Of a stretch of 64,000 nt of DNA, positions 27,734 to 48,387 are shown in pieces. The position numbers and the translations under genes are program-made. The notes under the pieces are model-generated. The model saw only the letters and a list, made by a program, of their open reading frames with translations. It ran no database searches and was not told where the DNA came from. Within the stretch, counting starts at the first letter, position 1, and each line of letters opens with the position of its first letter. The stretch comes from the human T2T-CHM13v2.0 reference genome, Homo sapiens, in assembly GCF_009914755.1 (NCBI RefSeq), contig NC_060927.1; one strand, 5' to 3'.

Positions 27734-28081
27734 TAGTAGAGATGGGGTTTCACCGTGTTAGCCAGGATGGTCTCGATCTCCTGACCTCGTGATCTGCCTG
27801 CCTTGGCCTCTCAAAGTGCTGGGATTACAGGCGTGAGCCACCACGCCCGGTCCCAGGAACTCCCTCTTACAAAGCAGTTCAGGGCTATGGTGGTTTAAAA
27901 ATACTATCGACCAGGCACGGTGGCTCACGCCTGGGAGGCTGAGGTGAGAGGATTACTTGGGGCCAAGAGTTCAAGACCAGCCTGGGCACATATAGTGAGA
28001 CCTCATCTCTACTGAAAAAAAAACAGCTGGGCATGGTGGCAAGCCCTGTAGTCCCAGCTCCTGGGGAGGCGGAGGAGGGAG

Positions 28082-28296
28082 TGTTGCAGGGTCCCTGCAG
28101 TGTTGGTTTTCTGGCCAGAAAACTCTGTGGCTGGTGGCACCTTTGCCCGAGTTTTACTCAGGCCCTCTGGGGTCATTTTGCCCACTCAGCCTGGCAGGCT
28201 GTGCTCAGCTCATGCTACCAGCCTGGATCTCATGCTTGCCAAGGGCGAGGCAGGTGTGGAGCAGCGAGGGGTGTGTAAGCAAGAGAACTGGGGTCT
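28082..28296 (-). mobile_element. MER52/LTR27-group ERV1 LTR fragment abutting the RNF168 duplicate
   Basis: tgttgcagg...ttttctggccagaaaactctgtggctggtggcacctttgcccgag resembles the recalled MER52 terminus. Confidence 0.6.
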
Positions 28297-28692
<396 letters not shown>

Positions 28693-28900
28693 TTTTAATG
28701 ATTGTGTTACAATATAAATTGTTCCTTTTGTAAAGCTACTATATATCTTAATTTTTTAGTTAAAAACATTATCCTCAGGAAATGTTGGGGCGAGGAGAAC
28801 TCGGAGTTTGTCTAAGGCTGTCACCTTGCTATGTTGTTTTGGAGCTTGCAGGGGTCTGGGGCTCAAGGTCTCATTCTCTAGGAGCTCACACTGCAGCTGA

Positions 28901-29137
<237 letters not shown>

Positions 29138-29200
29138 TGACCTCCTGACCTGGTGATCCGCCTGCTTCGGCCTCCCAGAGTGCTGGGATTACAGGCGTGA

Positions 29201-29338
<138 letters not shown>

Positions 29339-29761
29339 TGAGTAGCTGGGATTACAGGTGCCTGCTACCACGCCCGGCTAGTTTTTGTATTTTTAGTCGA
29401 GACAGAGTTTCACCATATTGGTCAGACTGGTCTTGAACTCCTGACCTCAGCTGATCCACCCACCTTGGCCTCCCACAGTGCTGGGATTACAGGTGTGAGC
29501 CACCACGCCCAGCCAACATCAGGTATACTTACAAATCTATTTTCTTGTGTTGAGTTCGTTCTGTTTCTCTCTGAAAGGTAGATTTTTGAAATGCAAAAGC
29601 ATGAAACTAACTTCTTTTTCTCCCAGGTGAACCCTTTCCTGAAGGAAGAAATGGAGAACGGCCCAGATGACTAAATCAGAGAAGGACCACATAATCCAAG
29701 GAGAGGGTAAAATATTGGTTAATATTTTAAAAACTTATCCTATCACATATATGCGATGTCA

Positions 29762-30079
<318 letters not shown>

Positions 30080-30169
30080 TCATTGTACAATACCTACAGG
30101 CATTTTAAAAGTGTAACTTGAATGTTCCAGTTCTTATCAGCCTAGGGGTGCAAATAAGGTCACATCAGC

Positions 30170-30482
30170 ACTTACCCACAATTTTGCTGGCAGGTCACCC
30201 CTCATTTGCTCACACAGAACCTCAGCTTCCTTCAAAATGCCTCCCCAAAAGATTCTTGTAGCTATCCAAGAACGAGTTTCCTTTATTAAGTACTGCCGCG
30301 CTCTCATCTCCTTGGCAAGGAGAACTGACACGAACATGATATTCTTGCTGCTTGCTGTGCCATGAGTAATAAAGTCCTTTTTCTCATACCAGGAATTTGA
30401 TGTCTTCTGCCAACACTCATGAAGCAGTAATAGGCTAACTTATTAGCTTGTGAGTAGGGTAAAATCATCCCAGCCCTGACAC
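30170..30482 (+). mobile_element. ERV1 LTR 3' fragment (MER31/MER67-like group)
   Basis: gagtaataaagtcc...ctaacttattagcttgtgagtagggtaaaatc...ctgaca. Confidence 0.45.
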
Positions 30483-30631
30483 ATGGCACAGGCTTGAGGT
30501 CAGGTGCTATGTGGTGGCAACCACAAGAAGCTGTTGAGAGTCCAGTGACAACTGGGTACTATAGGCCGGGCCCAGTGGCTCCCGCCTGTAATCCCAGCAC
30601 TTTGGGAGGCTGAGGCAGGAGGACTGCTTGA

Positions 30632-30793
<162 letters not shown>

Positions 30794-31400
30794 TGAGTAG
30801 CTGGGATTACAGGCTCTTGCTGCCACACCCGGCTAATTTTTTTGTATTTTAGTAAAGATGGGGTTTCATCATGTTGCCCAGGGTGGTTTTGAACTGAGCT
30901 CAGCCAATCCACCTGCCTTGGCCTCCCAAAGTGCTGGGATTACAGGCAAGAGCCACCGCGCCCGACCAATATAGGGAGATCTTGTCTCTACCATTTTTTT
31001 TTTTTTAATTAGCTGGGCATGGTAGTGCATGGCTGTGGTCTCAGCCACTTAGGAGGCTGAGGTGGGAGGATCATTTGACCCAGGAGTTTGAGGTTGCAGT
31101 CAGACGAGATCACGTCACGGCACTCCAGCCTGGGCAACAGAGGGATACCTTTTCTCTAAAAAAACTAGAAGAAAGAACTGGTTGCTGTAGCAGTGGCTGC
31201 CATAAGAAAAAGGTAAACCAGAGGAATCGAAAGAAGTGTCTCTACTGTCTCTCTCTGCAAATCTCATTAGCCACTGTCCTGCTTACTCTCAATGAAGACT
31301 AGGAAAGCTAGTGCTGTCAAGCAAGAACTCCTTTGACGGCTGGGCGCGGTGGCTCACGCCTGTAATCCCAGCACTTTGGGAGGCCGAGGCAGGCAGATCA

Positions 31401-31679
<279 letters not shown>

Positions 31680-31696
31680 TCACTGATATGAGCTGA

Positions 31697-31888
<192 letters not shown>

Positions 31889-32694
31889 TAGTAGAGATGG
31901 GGTTTCTCCCTGTTGGTCAGGCTGGTCTTGAACTCCCAACCTCAGGTGATCCGCCCACCTGGGCCTCCCAAAGTGCTGGGATTACAGGCGAGAGCCACTG
32001 CACCCGGCCATGAGCTGACTTTCAAAATATGAGGCTGTCAATGACTGTTGGTTTTCAGGGGTGTATTCAATGAACCAAGTTGTCCCTGACTGATGTGATA
32101 GATTTATAAACTGTTCTAGTGGTTACTTGTTGGCACAGCTATAGAACAATCTATCTTTTCCTAGGAGTGTGGGAACTCTGATTTGCATTTGGAAATGTTT
32201 CTGTAACTCATTATATAGAAAGGGTCAATCTTCCTAATATACAAAGACCACCTAAGGTTGGGGGCAGTGGCCCACCCTCACAATCCCAGCACTTTGGGAG
32301 GCCAACGTGGTAGGACTGCTTGAGGCAAGGAGTTGGAGAAGAGTCTGGGCAACATAGTGAGACCCTGTCTCTACCACCCACCCTGCCAAAAAAAAAATTC
32401 AGCCAGTTATTGTTGCTCACTCATGTAGTCCCAGCTAATAGGGAGGCTGATGTAGAAGGATCGCTTGAGCCCAGGGGATCAAGGCTGTAGCGAGCTATGA
32501 TCACGCCACTGCACTCCAGCCTGGGAAACAGCAACATCCTGTTAAAAAAAAAAAAAAAAAAAAAAAAAAGCCCCTAGAAATTGAGAAGAAAACGACCAAC
32601 AAACCAATAGAAAAATAGGAAAATAACTCAAATAATTACAAATGGCTCAGAACACTGGGGGACAAAAACCTAACCTCAACCCCATTCATAATAA

Positions 32695-32885
<191 letters not shown>

Positions 32886-33641
32886 TAGTAGAGACAGGGT
32901 TTCTCCATGTTGGCCAGGCTGGCCTCGAACTCCTGACCTCAGGTGATCTGCCTGCCTCAGCCTCCCAAAGTGCTGCAATTACAGCCGTGAGCCACCGGGC
33001 CTGGCCACGAATGATTTTTTAAAGCCAAAGAAAAGAGCAGTGGTTAGTTCAGAACCTTTTTGGTTGCCTTAGAAACTTAGGGTTTTTGCTATTACATAAC
33101 ATTAAAATTGCCACTTCCTCCTCTAAAGACCTAAGTCTGAGATAATTAGCCCTCATCTTTTTTTCAGACTGTGACCTATTCTTCTCAGCCCCAAAGGAAA
33201 ATTTGTTTTTAAGATCATGCTTTAAAAAGTACTACTGGTTTGCGCCCAATGCTTGGCAAGTAAAAAACAAATAAAAAGTACTATTAGTTTAAAAAGTTAA
33301 AGTCTTCTAAAATCAAACTAGCTAAATTCATGTATTTTTAGCTTTATCCAAATAAAAGATTTAAAATGTTTTCTAAGCATTTGCCAGTAGAAGGAATCAA
33401 TTCATTTTTTTTTTTGTTTATAAGATGCTTTTCCAGAAGTTATTCTTGAGATTCTGAGATTTTTAAGCACCGTTTTCAAGTCAATAAACTGATAATAGTG
33501 TTGTACAAATTACAGCACCTCGAGCTCTTTGTGGGTGGAAAGGTTCTCTCACATGTTAAAACCAAGTTGATTTAATATCATGTCAGTGCCTCTTGCTAGG
33601 ATTGTTACACAACTCCCCTCTCTTGATTTGTTGTAATGTAG

Positions 33642-33938
<297 letters not shown>

Positions 33939-33976
33939 TGATCTGCCCACCTCGGCCTCCCAAAGTGCTGGGATTA

Positions 33977-34321
<345 letters not shown>

Positions 34322-34549
34322 CTATTATTTCTGGATTGTATCCTTCTAGGAGCTCTGGGAATTTAGTGATGATGTCTGATGGCTTAATTTCCTATGGAGG
34401 AAATTTCAAAGAGGGTTCACCTGGTAGGTGAGGAATTGTGGGATTTGTAGGGCTTGTAGGGGCATAGGAAAATGGGACAATGGTAGCTTTAGGTGACCAC
34501 CCGTTTGTGTATGGGGATGGCAGACACAATCTTATTCTCTGAATCATCA

Positions 34550-34807
<258 letters not shown>

Positions 34808-34810
34808 TCA

Positions 34811-35056
<246 letters not shown>

Positions 35057-35256
35057 TTATAGGTTTTTGCCTTAGACGTTTCAAGACACCTTAGTCCAGA
35101 ATCTATTAAAGGAAAACATCTCTGGTGTGTTTTCTTTCCCCCTCTTGTCTTGCAGCGTCAAGCCTGCCATTCTAAACTCTGCTGATATAAAAACCATTTG
35201 CCCAGACTCCTTTGCCAGTTGGCTTCTTGTAAAGTTCTATCAATAAGCGGTTCTAG

Positions 35257-35409
<153 letters not shown>

Positions 35410-36039
35410 TGAATAGCTGGGACTACAGGCGTGTGCCACCACACTGGCTAATTTATTGTATTTTTAGTAGAGACGGGGTTTCACCATGTTGGCCAGGCTG
35501 GTCTTGAACTCCTGACCTAGTGATCTGCCCCCCTCGGCCTCCCAAAGTGCTGGGATTACAGGCGTGAGCCACTGCGCCTGGCCAAGGAGGCTTCTTTCTT
35601 CTTTGTTCCTCTTGTCCATGTTGCCCAGCAGTGCCAGTTGACTCCAGCCTCCAAATTATTCCAGCTCTTCTAGAAGTAGACTCACTGGGACATTTCAGAG
35701 GTAGCAGCAGCAGCTGGGAGGTATTTCCTCCTCAGAGATCTGCACACTTCTGCAGGGTCTGCGGGGTCCACCTACCCCAGCCCTCAACTCCTACATTCTA
35801 GTGATTGAAACCCTTCCCTTCAGTTTCTCAGCAGCCGCTTCCTCCGCTTATCATCCTTAGGTGATCTCAGTGTTCCCTTTTGCTCCAAAACCTGTGTAAC
35901 CAATTCCCTCTACTGAATACCCTCTGCTGAAATCCTTATTGTGATTTGTTTTCTCAACTAGACCCTGATCAATGCCCCAGTCATAACCAGCATGAGCTCT
36001 CCTCCTCATCCTGCAACTCAGGAAGTCCACAGTGAGTCA

Positions 36040-36504
<465 letters not shown>

Positions 36505-36710
36505 TCAAGCTTTAGGGATGAAGCCTAACTGTAGCAGCCTGACACCACAAAAGTCAAGGTCGCCCCCAACTCACATTGAACTCAGGGTCCATGTTACAAA
36601 TCCTGCCAAAACCAGGCAAAATATTCCAGAAAAAAATCAGACTCAAAATTTAAAGTTATGATTATTTATTATAACTTTTACACAGGAAGAAGAAATGGGT
36701 AAAAATAAAA

Positions 36711-38754
36711 TACAACTCTCCTCAATACACGCTCAACTCTCCCACAATACAGACTCAACTCCCCTACAATACAGACTCAACTTCCCTATAATACAGACTC
36801 AACTCTCCCACAATAGACTCAATTGCCCTACAATACAGACTCAACTCCCCTACAATACAGACTCAACTCTCCCACAATAGACTCAATTGCCCTACAATAC
36901 AGACTCAACTCCCCTACAATACAGACTCAACTCTCCCACAATAGACTCAACTCCCCTACAATACAGACTCAACTCTCCCACAATAGACTCAACTCCCCTA
37001 CAATACAGACTCAACTCTCCCACAATAGACTCAACTGCCCTACAATACAGACTCAACTCCCCTACAATACAGACTCAACTCGCCTACAATACACACTCAA
37101 CTCTCCCACAATACAGACTCAACTCTCCCACAATACAGACTCAACTCCCCTACAATACAGACTCAACTCCCCTACAATACAGACTCAACTCCCCTACAAT
37201 ACAGACTCAACTCCCCTACAATACAGACTCAACTCTCCCACAATACAGACTCAACTCTCCCACAATACAGACTCAACTCTCCCAATACAGACTCAACTAT
37301 CCCACTGTACAGACTCAACTATCCCACAGTAGACTCAACTCTCGCACAATACACTCAACTCTCCCACAATACAGACTCAACTCCCCTACAATACAGACTC
37401 AACTCCCCTACAATACAGACTCAACTCCCCTACAATACAGACTCAACTCCCCCACAATACAGACTCAACTCCCCGACAATACAGACTCAACTCCCCTACA
37501 ATACAGACTCAACTCCCCTACAATACAGACTCAACTCCCCTACAATACAGACTCAACTCCCCTACAATACAGACTCAACTCCCCTACAATACAGACTCAA
37601 CTCCCCTATAATACAGACTCAACTCCCCTACAATACAGACTCAACTCCCCTACAATACAGACTCAACTCTCCCACAATACAGACTCAACTCTCCCACAAT
37701 ACAGACTCAATTCTCCCACAATACAGACTCAACTCCCCTGCAATACAGACTCACCTATCCCACAATACAGACTCAATTATCCCAAAATACAGACTCAACT
37801 ATCCCACAATACAGACTGAACTCTCCCACAATGCAGACTCAACTCGCACAATACAGACTCAACTCTCCCACAATACAGACTCAACTCCCCCACAATACAG
37901 ACTCAACTCCCCTACAATACAGACTCAACTCCCCTACAATACAGACTCAACTCCCCCACAATACAGACTCAACTCCCCCACAATACAGACTCAACTCCCC
38001 TACAATACAGACTCAACTCCCCTACAATATAGACTCAACTCTCCCACAATAGACTCAACTCCCCCACAATACAGACTCAACTCCCCCAAAATACAGACTC
38101 AACTCTCCTACAATACACTCAACTCTCCCACAATGGAGACTCAACTCCCCTACAGTAGACTCAACTCTCCCACAATAGGCTCAACTCTCACAATACAGAC
38201 TCAAGTCTCCCACAATACAGACTCAACTCTCCTACAATACAGACTCAACTCTCGCACAATACAGACTCAACTCTCCCACAATAGACTCAACTCTCCCACA
38301 ATACAGACTCAACTCTCCCACAATACAGACTCAACTCTCCCACAGTACAGACTCAACTCTCCCACAATACAGACTCAACTCTCCCACAATACAGACTCAA
38401 CTCTCCCACAATACAGACTTAACTCTCCCACAGTACAGACTCAACTCTCCCACAGTACAGACCCAACTCTCCCACAATACAGACTCAACTCTCTCACAGT
38501 ACAGACTCAACTCTCCCACAGTACAGACTCAACTCTCCCACAGTACAGACTCAACTCTCCCACAGTACAGACTCAACTCTCACAATACAGACTCAACTCT
38601 CCCACAGTACAGACTCAACTCTCCCACAGTACAGACTCAACTCTCCCACAGTACAGACTCAACTCTCCCACAGTACAGACTCAACTCTCCCACAGTACAG
38701 ACTCAACTCTCCTACATTACAGACTCAACTCTCCTACAATACAGGCTGAACTCT
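36711..38754. repeat. VNTR/minisatellite, 22-bp unit CAATACAGACTCAACTC(TCCCA/CCCTA), roughly 90+ copies
   Basis: Directly visible tandem array with 20-bp deletion variants (CAATAGAC...) and CAGTAC variants at the right end. Confidence 0.98.
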
Positions 38755-38819
38755 GCAGTCTTATTTTTCTTGTATGTCCTTCCAAATGGATTGTGTCTTT
38801 AAAAAATAACTAAATTTTT

Positions 38820-43770
<4,951 letters not shown>

Positions 43771-44112
43771 AGTTATTGGTCTTTTCTTAATGAACTGGAG
43801 GATACTTTACATAAAGGAAATTAGCTCTTTGTGATGAACTGCAACTATTTCTTCCCAAGTTTGCCACAGCTTCCAATTTCCCTTGATGGTAGTTTTTGTT
43901 ATGCAGAACTTTTAATTTTCATGTAGCTGATTTTTACATATTTTTAAGTTGTGGTAAAATACACATAATAATCCATTTTTATTTTTAGTATTTTATTTTT
44001 CAGATTCTCAGCCTCTGCACAGCCTTAGTACTCCCTGAGAAATTCAGTGTTTGCATATCCTTTCCACAAAAATGAGAGGAAAAAGGACCAGTACCTGCTA
44101 GTGACTGATACA

Positions 44113-44118
44113 TTTATT
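44113..44118 (-). terminator. Candidate poly(A) signal AATAAA for RNF168 (alternatives: ATTAAA at 44340-44345, AATAAA at 44452-44461)
   Basis: tttatt on the + strand; lies at the border between unique sequence and the repeat-rich block. Confidence 0.6.
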
Positions 44119-45232
44119 AGTTTCTAACAAAAAGGCATACATGGTAGGCAGAGTAGAAATACTAACAGAAATTAGTTTATCTTGAAACCAATTTTAGTCA
44201 GGAAGACTTCTTCACAGAGAATGAGCTGAATATATAAATCCCAAATATATCACACCATATATGTGATATATTTACACCTAAATATATCACACCCTCCTTT
44301 TTGGTCACAGACTATTCCAGGAAGATTAAATAGATAACGTTTAATTTGAGGCATTCAAGAATGTCCACCCTAAAACTGAAAGTGAAATTGCTCTTAGAGA
44401 AAAATTGGTTTGATGAGAAGATTGATCTTAGCCTGTCTCAGACAAATTTGGTTTATTTATTTTTACTTAACGACCCATGTGATAGTATAGTTGCAAGCTA
44501 TACTTCATTTAACTACAATCATTACTCAGAGGACAATCACCTTAAGAGGCAAATTAAGTTTTAAATTAGCACAGAATTTATAATTACCCAATCAGCATTG
44601 ACATAGATGCCATCAGGTATGCAAAGATTAACAAAATTCTATTACCAACCTTAGAGGAAAAAAACTTAATGACATACAGAAATACTGGCAAATTTAAGCT
44701 AGAATTAGCTCCAGGACATTTTATCTTATTTTCACATTAAAAGAATAGATTACTAGATATCAGCAGAAATGCTGTTAAAGCTATTTTTTACTAATAGTTG
44801 TTCATATTAATGAAACAAAAGATCAATAGTCTCTGAGCTAAATTTCACAAAATGAAATCAGTGTCTTCTGATTTAACTTTCAGGAGTAAGAAAGGGCAAA
44901 ACCCAAGCACCATACTTTCTATTTCTGTTCATAAACTCAAATAAAAGCAGTATCAACACAAATGATCATATAAGAAAACACGTGGTTATGTTTCAGGTTC
45001 CACAACATAAGACACTGTGAGGTAACTCTCCTGTAATACATTCCCATTTTTTTCTGGAATAGCAGATGCATAGAAATGCAGGTTTCCAAAAATTCACCCA
45101 ATTTAGTAACTAATTTTGATTCTGATGCCTGATAGTAGGGTGTGAAAAGCTGTAAAACCCAAATGTTTCCTGTGTTCTTTCACAAGGACAAGGGAAGAGG
45201 ATGCTCTGCCAAACTGCCCCTGCTGCGTCATA

Positions 45233-45967
45233 GTGGACCAGTTTCAATGATCCAGACTGTCAGTCACCCCATCCAGCCTCATCCTCATCTGGACCCATTT
45301 CTCACCACCCAATCAGTTTCAATGATCCAGACTGTCAGTCACCCCATCCAGCCTCATCCTCATCTGGACCCATTTCTCACCACCCAATCAGTTTCAATGA
45401 TCCAGACTGTCAGTCACCCCATCCACCCACATCCTCATCTGGACCAGTTTCTGACCACCCAATCAGTTTCAATGATCCAGACTGTCAGTCACCCCATCCA
45501 GCCACATCCTCATCTGGACCAGTTTCTGACCACCCAATCAGTTTCAATGATCCAAACTGTCAGTCACCCCACCCAGCCTCATCTGGACCAGTTTCTGACG
45601 ACCCAATCAGTTTCAATGATCCAGACTGTCAGTCACCCCATCCAGCCTCATCCTCATCTGGACCCGTTTCTGACCAACCACCCAATCAGTTTCAATGATC
45701 CAGACTGTCAGTCACCCCATCCAGCCTCAGCCTCATCCTCATCTGGACCCGTTTCTGACCAACCACCCAATCAGTTTCAATGATCCAGACTGTCAGTCAC
45801 CCCATCCAGCCTCAGCCTCATCCTCGTCTGGACCCGTTTCTGACGACCTAATCAGTTTCAATGATCCAGACTGTCAGTCACCCCATCCAGCCTCATCTGG
45901 ACCAGTTTCCGACGACCCAATCTGTTTCAATGATCTGGACTGTCAGTCACCCCATCCAGCCTCATCC
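45233..45967. repeat. Tandem repeat of ~75 bp (69-85 bp), 10 copies, in the RNF168 3'UTR
   Basis: GTTTCAATGATC recurs at 45241, 45316, 45391, 45466, 45541, 45610, 45689, 45774, 45855 and 45924. Confidence 0.97.
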
Positions 45968-46088
45968 CAGCTCTTAACTCCTTCTGCATAGTTCAGTTTC
46001 CTTTCTGGCAACTAATTCCCAATTTCCTAGAAAACCCTGATTTTCTGATTTAACACTGATTCGAATCCACTTTAAACCAAAGGAAACA

Positions 46089-46509
<421 letters not shown>

Positions 46510-46998
46510 TTAAATTGGAGATGGAAATTAGATTACTTTAGGAAAACCTTTTGAGTACTCTGTAAACATTGGACAATAGCAAGAAAATGGATTTTAAACC
46601 CTGCATGGGTTCCTTAATCACTCAGAATAGTATAATCTTGCTTTGATTACCAGTCACGACAAAAAGGTGAGCAAAGGCCATAAAACATGCAGTTTTTGGA
46701 AAGACAATGGCACTTGAAGATTTCCTGGAGTTGGCCAAAGCTTAAGATATCTCTAAGAATTGTAAAGCTTAATACACATCTGTTATTAAGAAGGGAAACG
46801 ACAGGGGACCCCTGCTTACCGCTGAGCTGTGCAGAAGCTCACGTGTCTATGCAGTCCTTACAATCACACAGACCTTCATTAAGGACAATGAGTGTGCCTA
46901 GAGAGCAGCATGAATGACACATGGATGAAGATTCCATGATAGGAAAGAGCTTCACATTCCAGCTTTACTAGATCACAAAGCACTCCCTTTACCAGGCC

Positions 46999-47952
46999 TT
47001 ACTTTGTGCATCTCTGAAACATCTGAAAAACACTTTTCTGTGAAATGCTAGGCTGTAGGGAGTGAGCACTTTTGGATACCTTACAGTGATCTCTAGTAGA
47101 ATTTGGCATCTTTCTTCTATTAACTGACTGCTTCAACTGCATCTTTAAAGACACTTGCCTATTTTTGTCCCTTGAGCCTCTCTCTGGTGTTGGATGCTTT
47201 GTGTGAGTTTGCCTTTTGAAGTTCCCATCTTTGGGATTCTTCCTCTGTCCATTTAGCACTTTGTCTGGAGGGGAGGATGTAGCGCGTAAGTGATACTCAT
47301 CTGGGGATCCTTTTTGCCGGTTTGGCACCATTTGCTCTTTATCCACCTCCTTCTGAAGTTGTAATGCCAATAACCTGTCCTGTTCTTCTTGTTTATGTCT
47401 CTCAAACAGTAGATGCTCCAAATCTATCAGTTTTTGGGTAAAGTTTATTTCTGTTTCCTCTTGATCTGGGGAAGATTCGGGGGACACTTTTCTTCTTTTT
47501 GCAGAAAAGCATTGATCCTTGACTGCTTCAAAGGAAGATTCTTGGTTTTTTCTTTTGGAAATCTCCTTACTGATCAGTAGGCACGACTCTTCATTTTCTG
47601 TCTCACCTGTGTTGTTTCCATTTGTCTGTGTCACCCCTGATGTGGGGGCGCACCCACTTTCTGTTCTGCCACAAGGCATAACTGCAGTTTCTTTCGAGTA
47701 GGGAACTCTGGTTTTAGGTCGCTCGTGACTTAAGACACATAACTCTTTCCCATGATTGCTTGGTCTTGTTTTGACGTTTCCTTCATGGTACCATTCGGCA
47801 CCACAGGCACATAACCATGGCATAGGGGACTCTATTGAAGAATCTGCACCTTGTTCTCCAACTCCAAGGGATATCTGTGGAGAAAGTGTCGGCATATCTT
47901 CTATTTCTGTGTCTTGCCCTGTTGGGCTTTTCCTATCACTACTGTCAATGTC
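46999..47952 (-). CDS. RNF168: RNF168 terminal exon 6, coding part (954 bp; MIU2, LR motif 2, C-terminus); E3 ligase for H2A K13/K15 in the DNA damage response
   Basis: tttttctgttttctacag|GAC ATT GAC ... ends QKSVFQMFQRCTK*; contains the 298-aa ORF from the track; QEEQDRLLALQLQ is the MIU2 motif. Confidence 0.98.
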   Translation of the reverse strand, partial: DIDSSDRKSPTGQDTEIEDMPTLSPQISLGVGEQGADSSIESPMPWLCACGAEWYHEGNVKTRPSNHGKELCVLSHERPKTRVPYSKETAVMPCGRTESGCAPTSGVTQTNGNNTGETENEESCLLISKEISKRKNQESSFEAVKDQCFSAKRRKVSPESSPDQEETEINFTQKLIDLEHLLFERHKQEEQDRLLALQLQKEVDKEQMVPNRQKGSPDEYHLRATSSPPDKVLNGQRKNPKDGNFKRQTHTKHPTPERGSRDKNRQVSLKMQLKQSVNRRKMPNSTRDHCKVSKSAHSLQPSISQKSVFQMFQRCTK

Positions 47953-47980
47953 CTGTAGAAAACAGAAAAAGACTGAGTGA

Positions 47981-48256
<276 letters not shown>

Positions 48257-48387
48257 TAGATTAAGCTATTACTTCATTTTCACTCCCATGAAAACCTACA
48301 GATTAAAACCCACAGACTAGATTCCAAATATGGCCAATAGCTGGTATCAGGACCTGACCTTCTTTCACCTTACAAAGGTCTGCCAGC

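Noticed and set aside
36711-38754. CRISPR-like appearance of the regular short repeats (also the 75-bp array at 45233-45967)
   Set aside because: Units are head-to-tail with no unique spacers; no cas genes; primate genomic context.
36823-38813. Long + strand ORFs (169, 310 and 226 aa) with a 22-aa repeat, QYRLNSPTIQTQLPYNTDSTPL
   Set aside because: Arithmetic result of a stop-free 22-nt unit cycling through three frames; no promoter, splice or homology evidence.
45241-45967. Possible C/D-box snoRNA cluster (ATGAGGA and CTGA words on the minus strand)
   Set aside because: No canonical RUGAUGA box C with a terminal stem, and the location is exonic UTR rather than intronic.
45142-45991. 213-aa and 98-aa repetitive ORFs (SMIQTVSHPIQPHPHLD...)
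   Set aside because: Antisense translations of the 75-bp 3'UTR repeat; the unit length is divisible by 3, and the frame breaks where it changes.
47444-47449. Minus-strand AATAAA within exon 6
   Set aside because: Falls in coding codons (GAA ATA AAC, E-I-N); most likely incidental.
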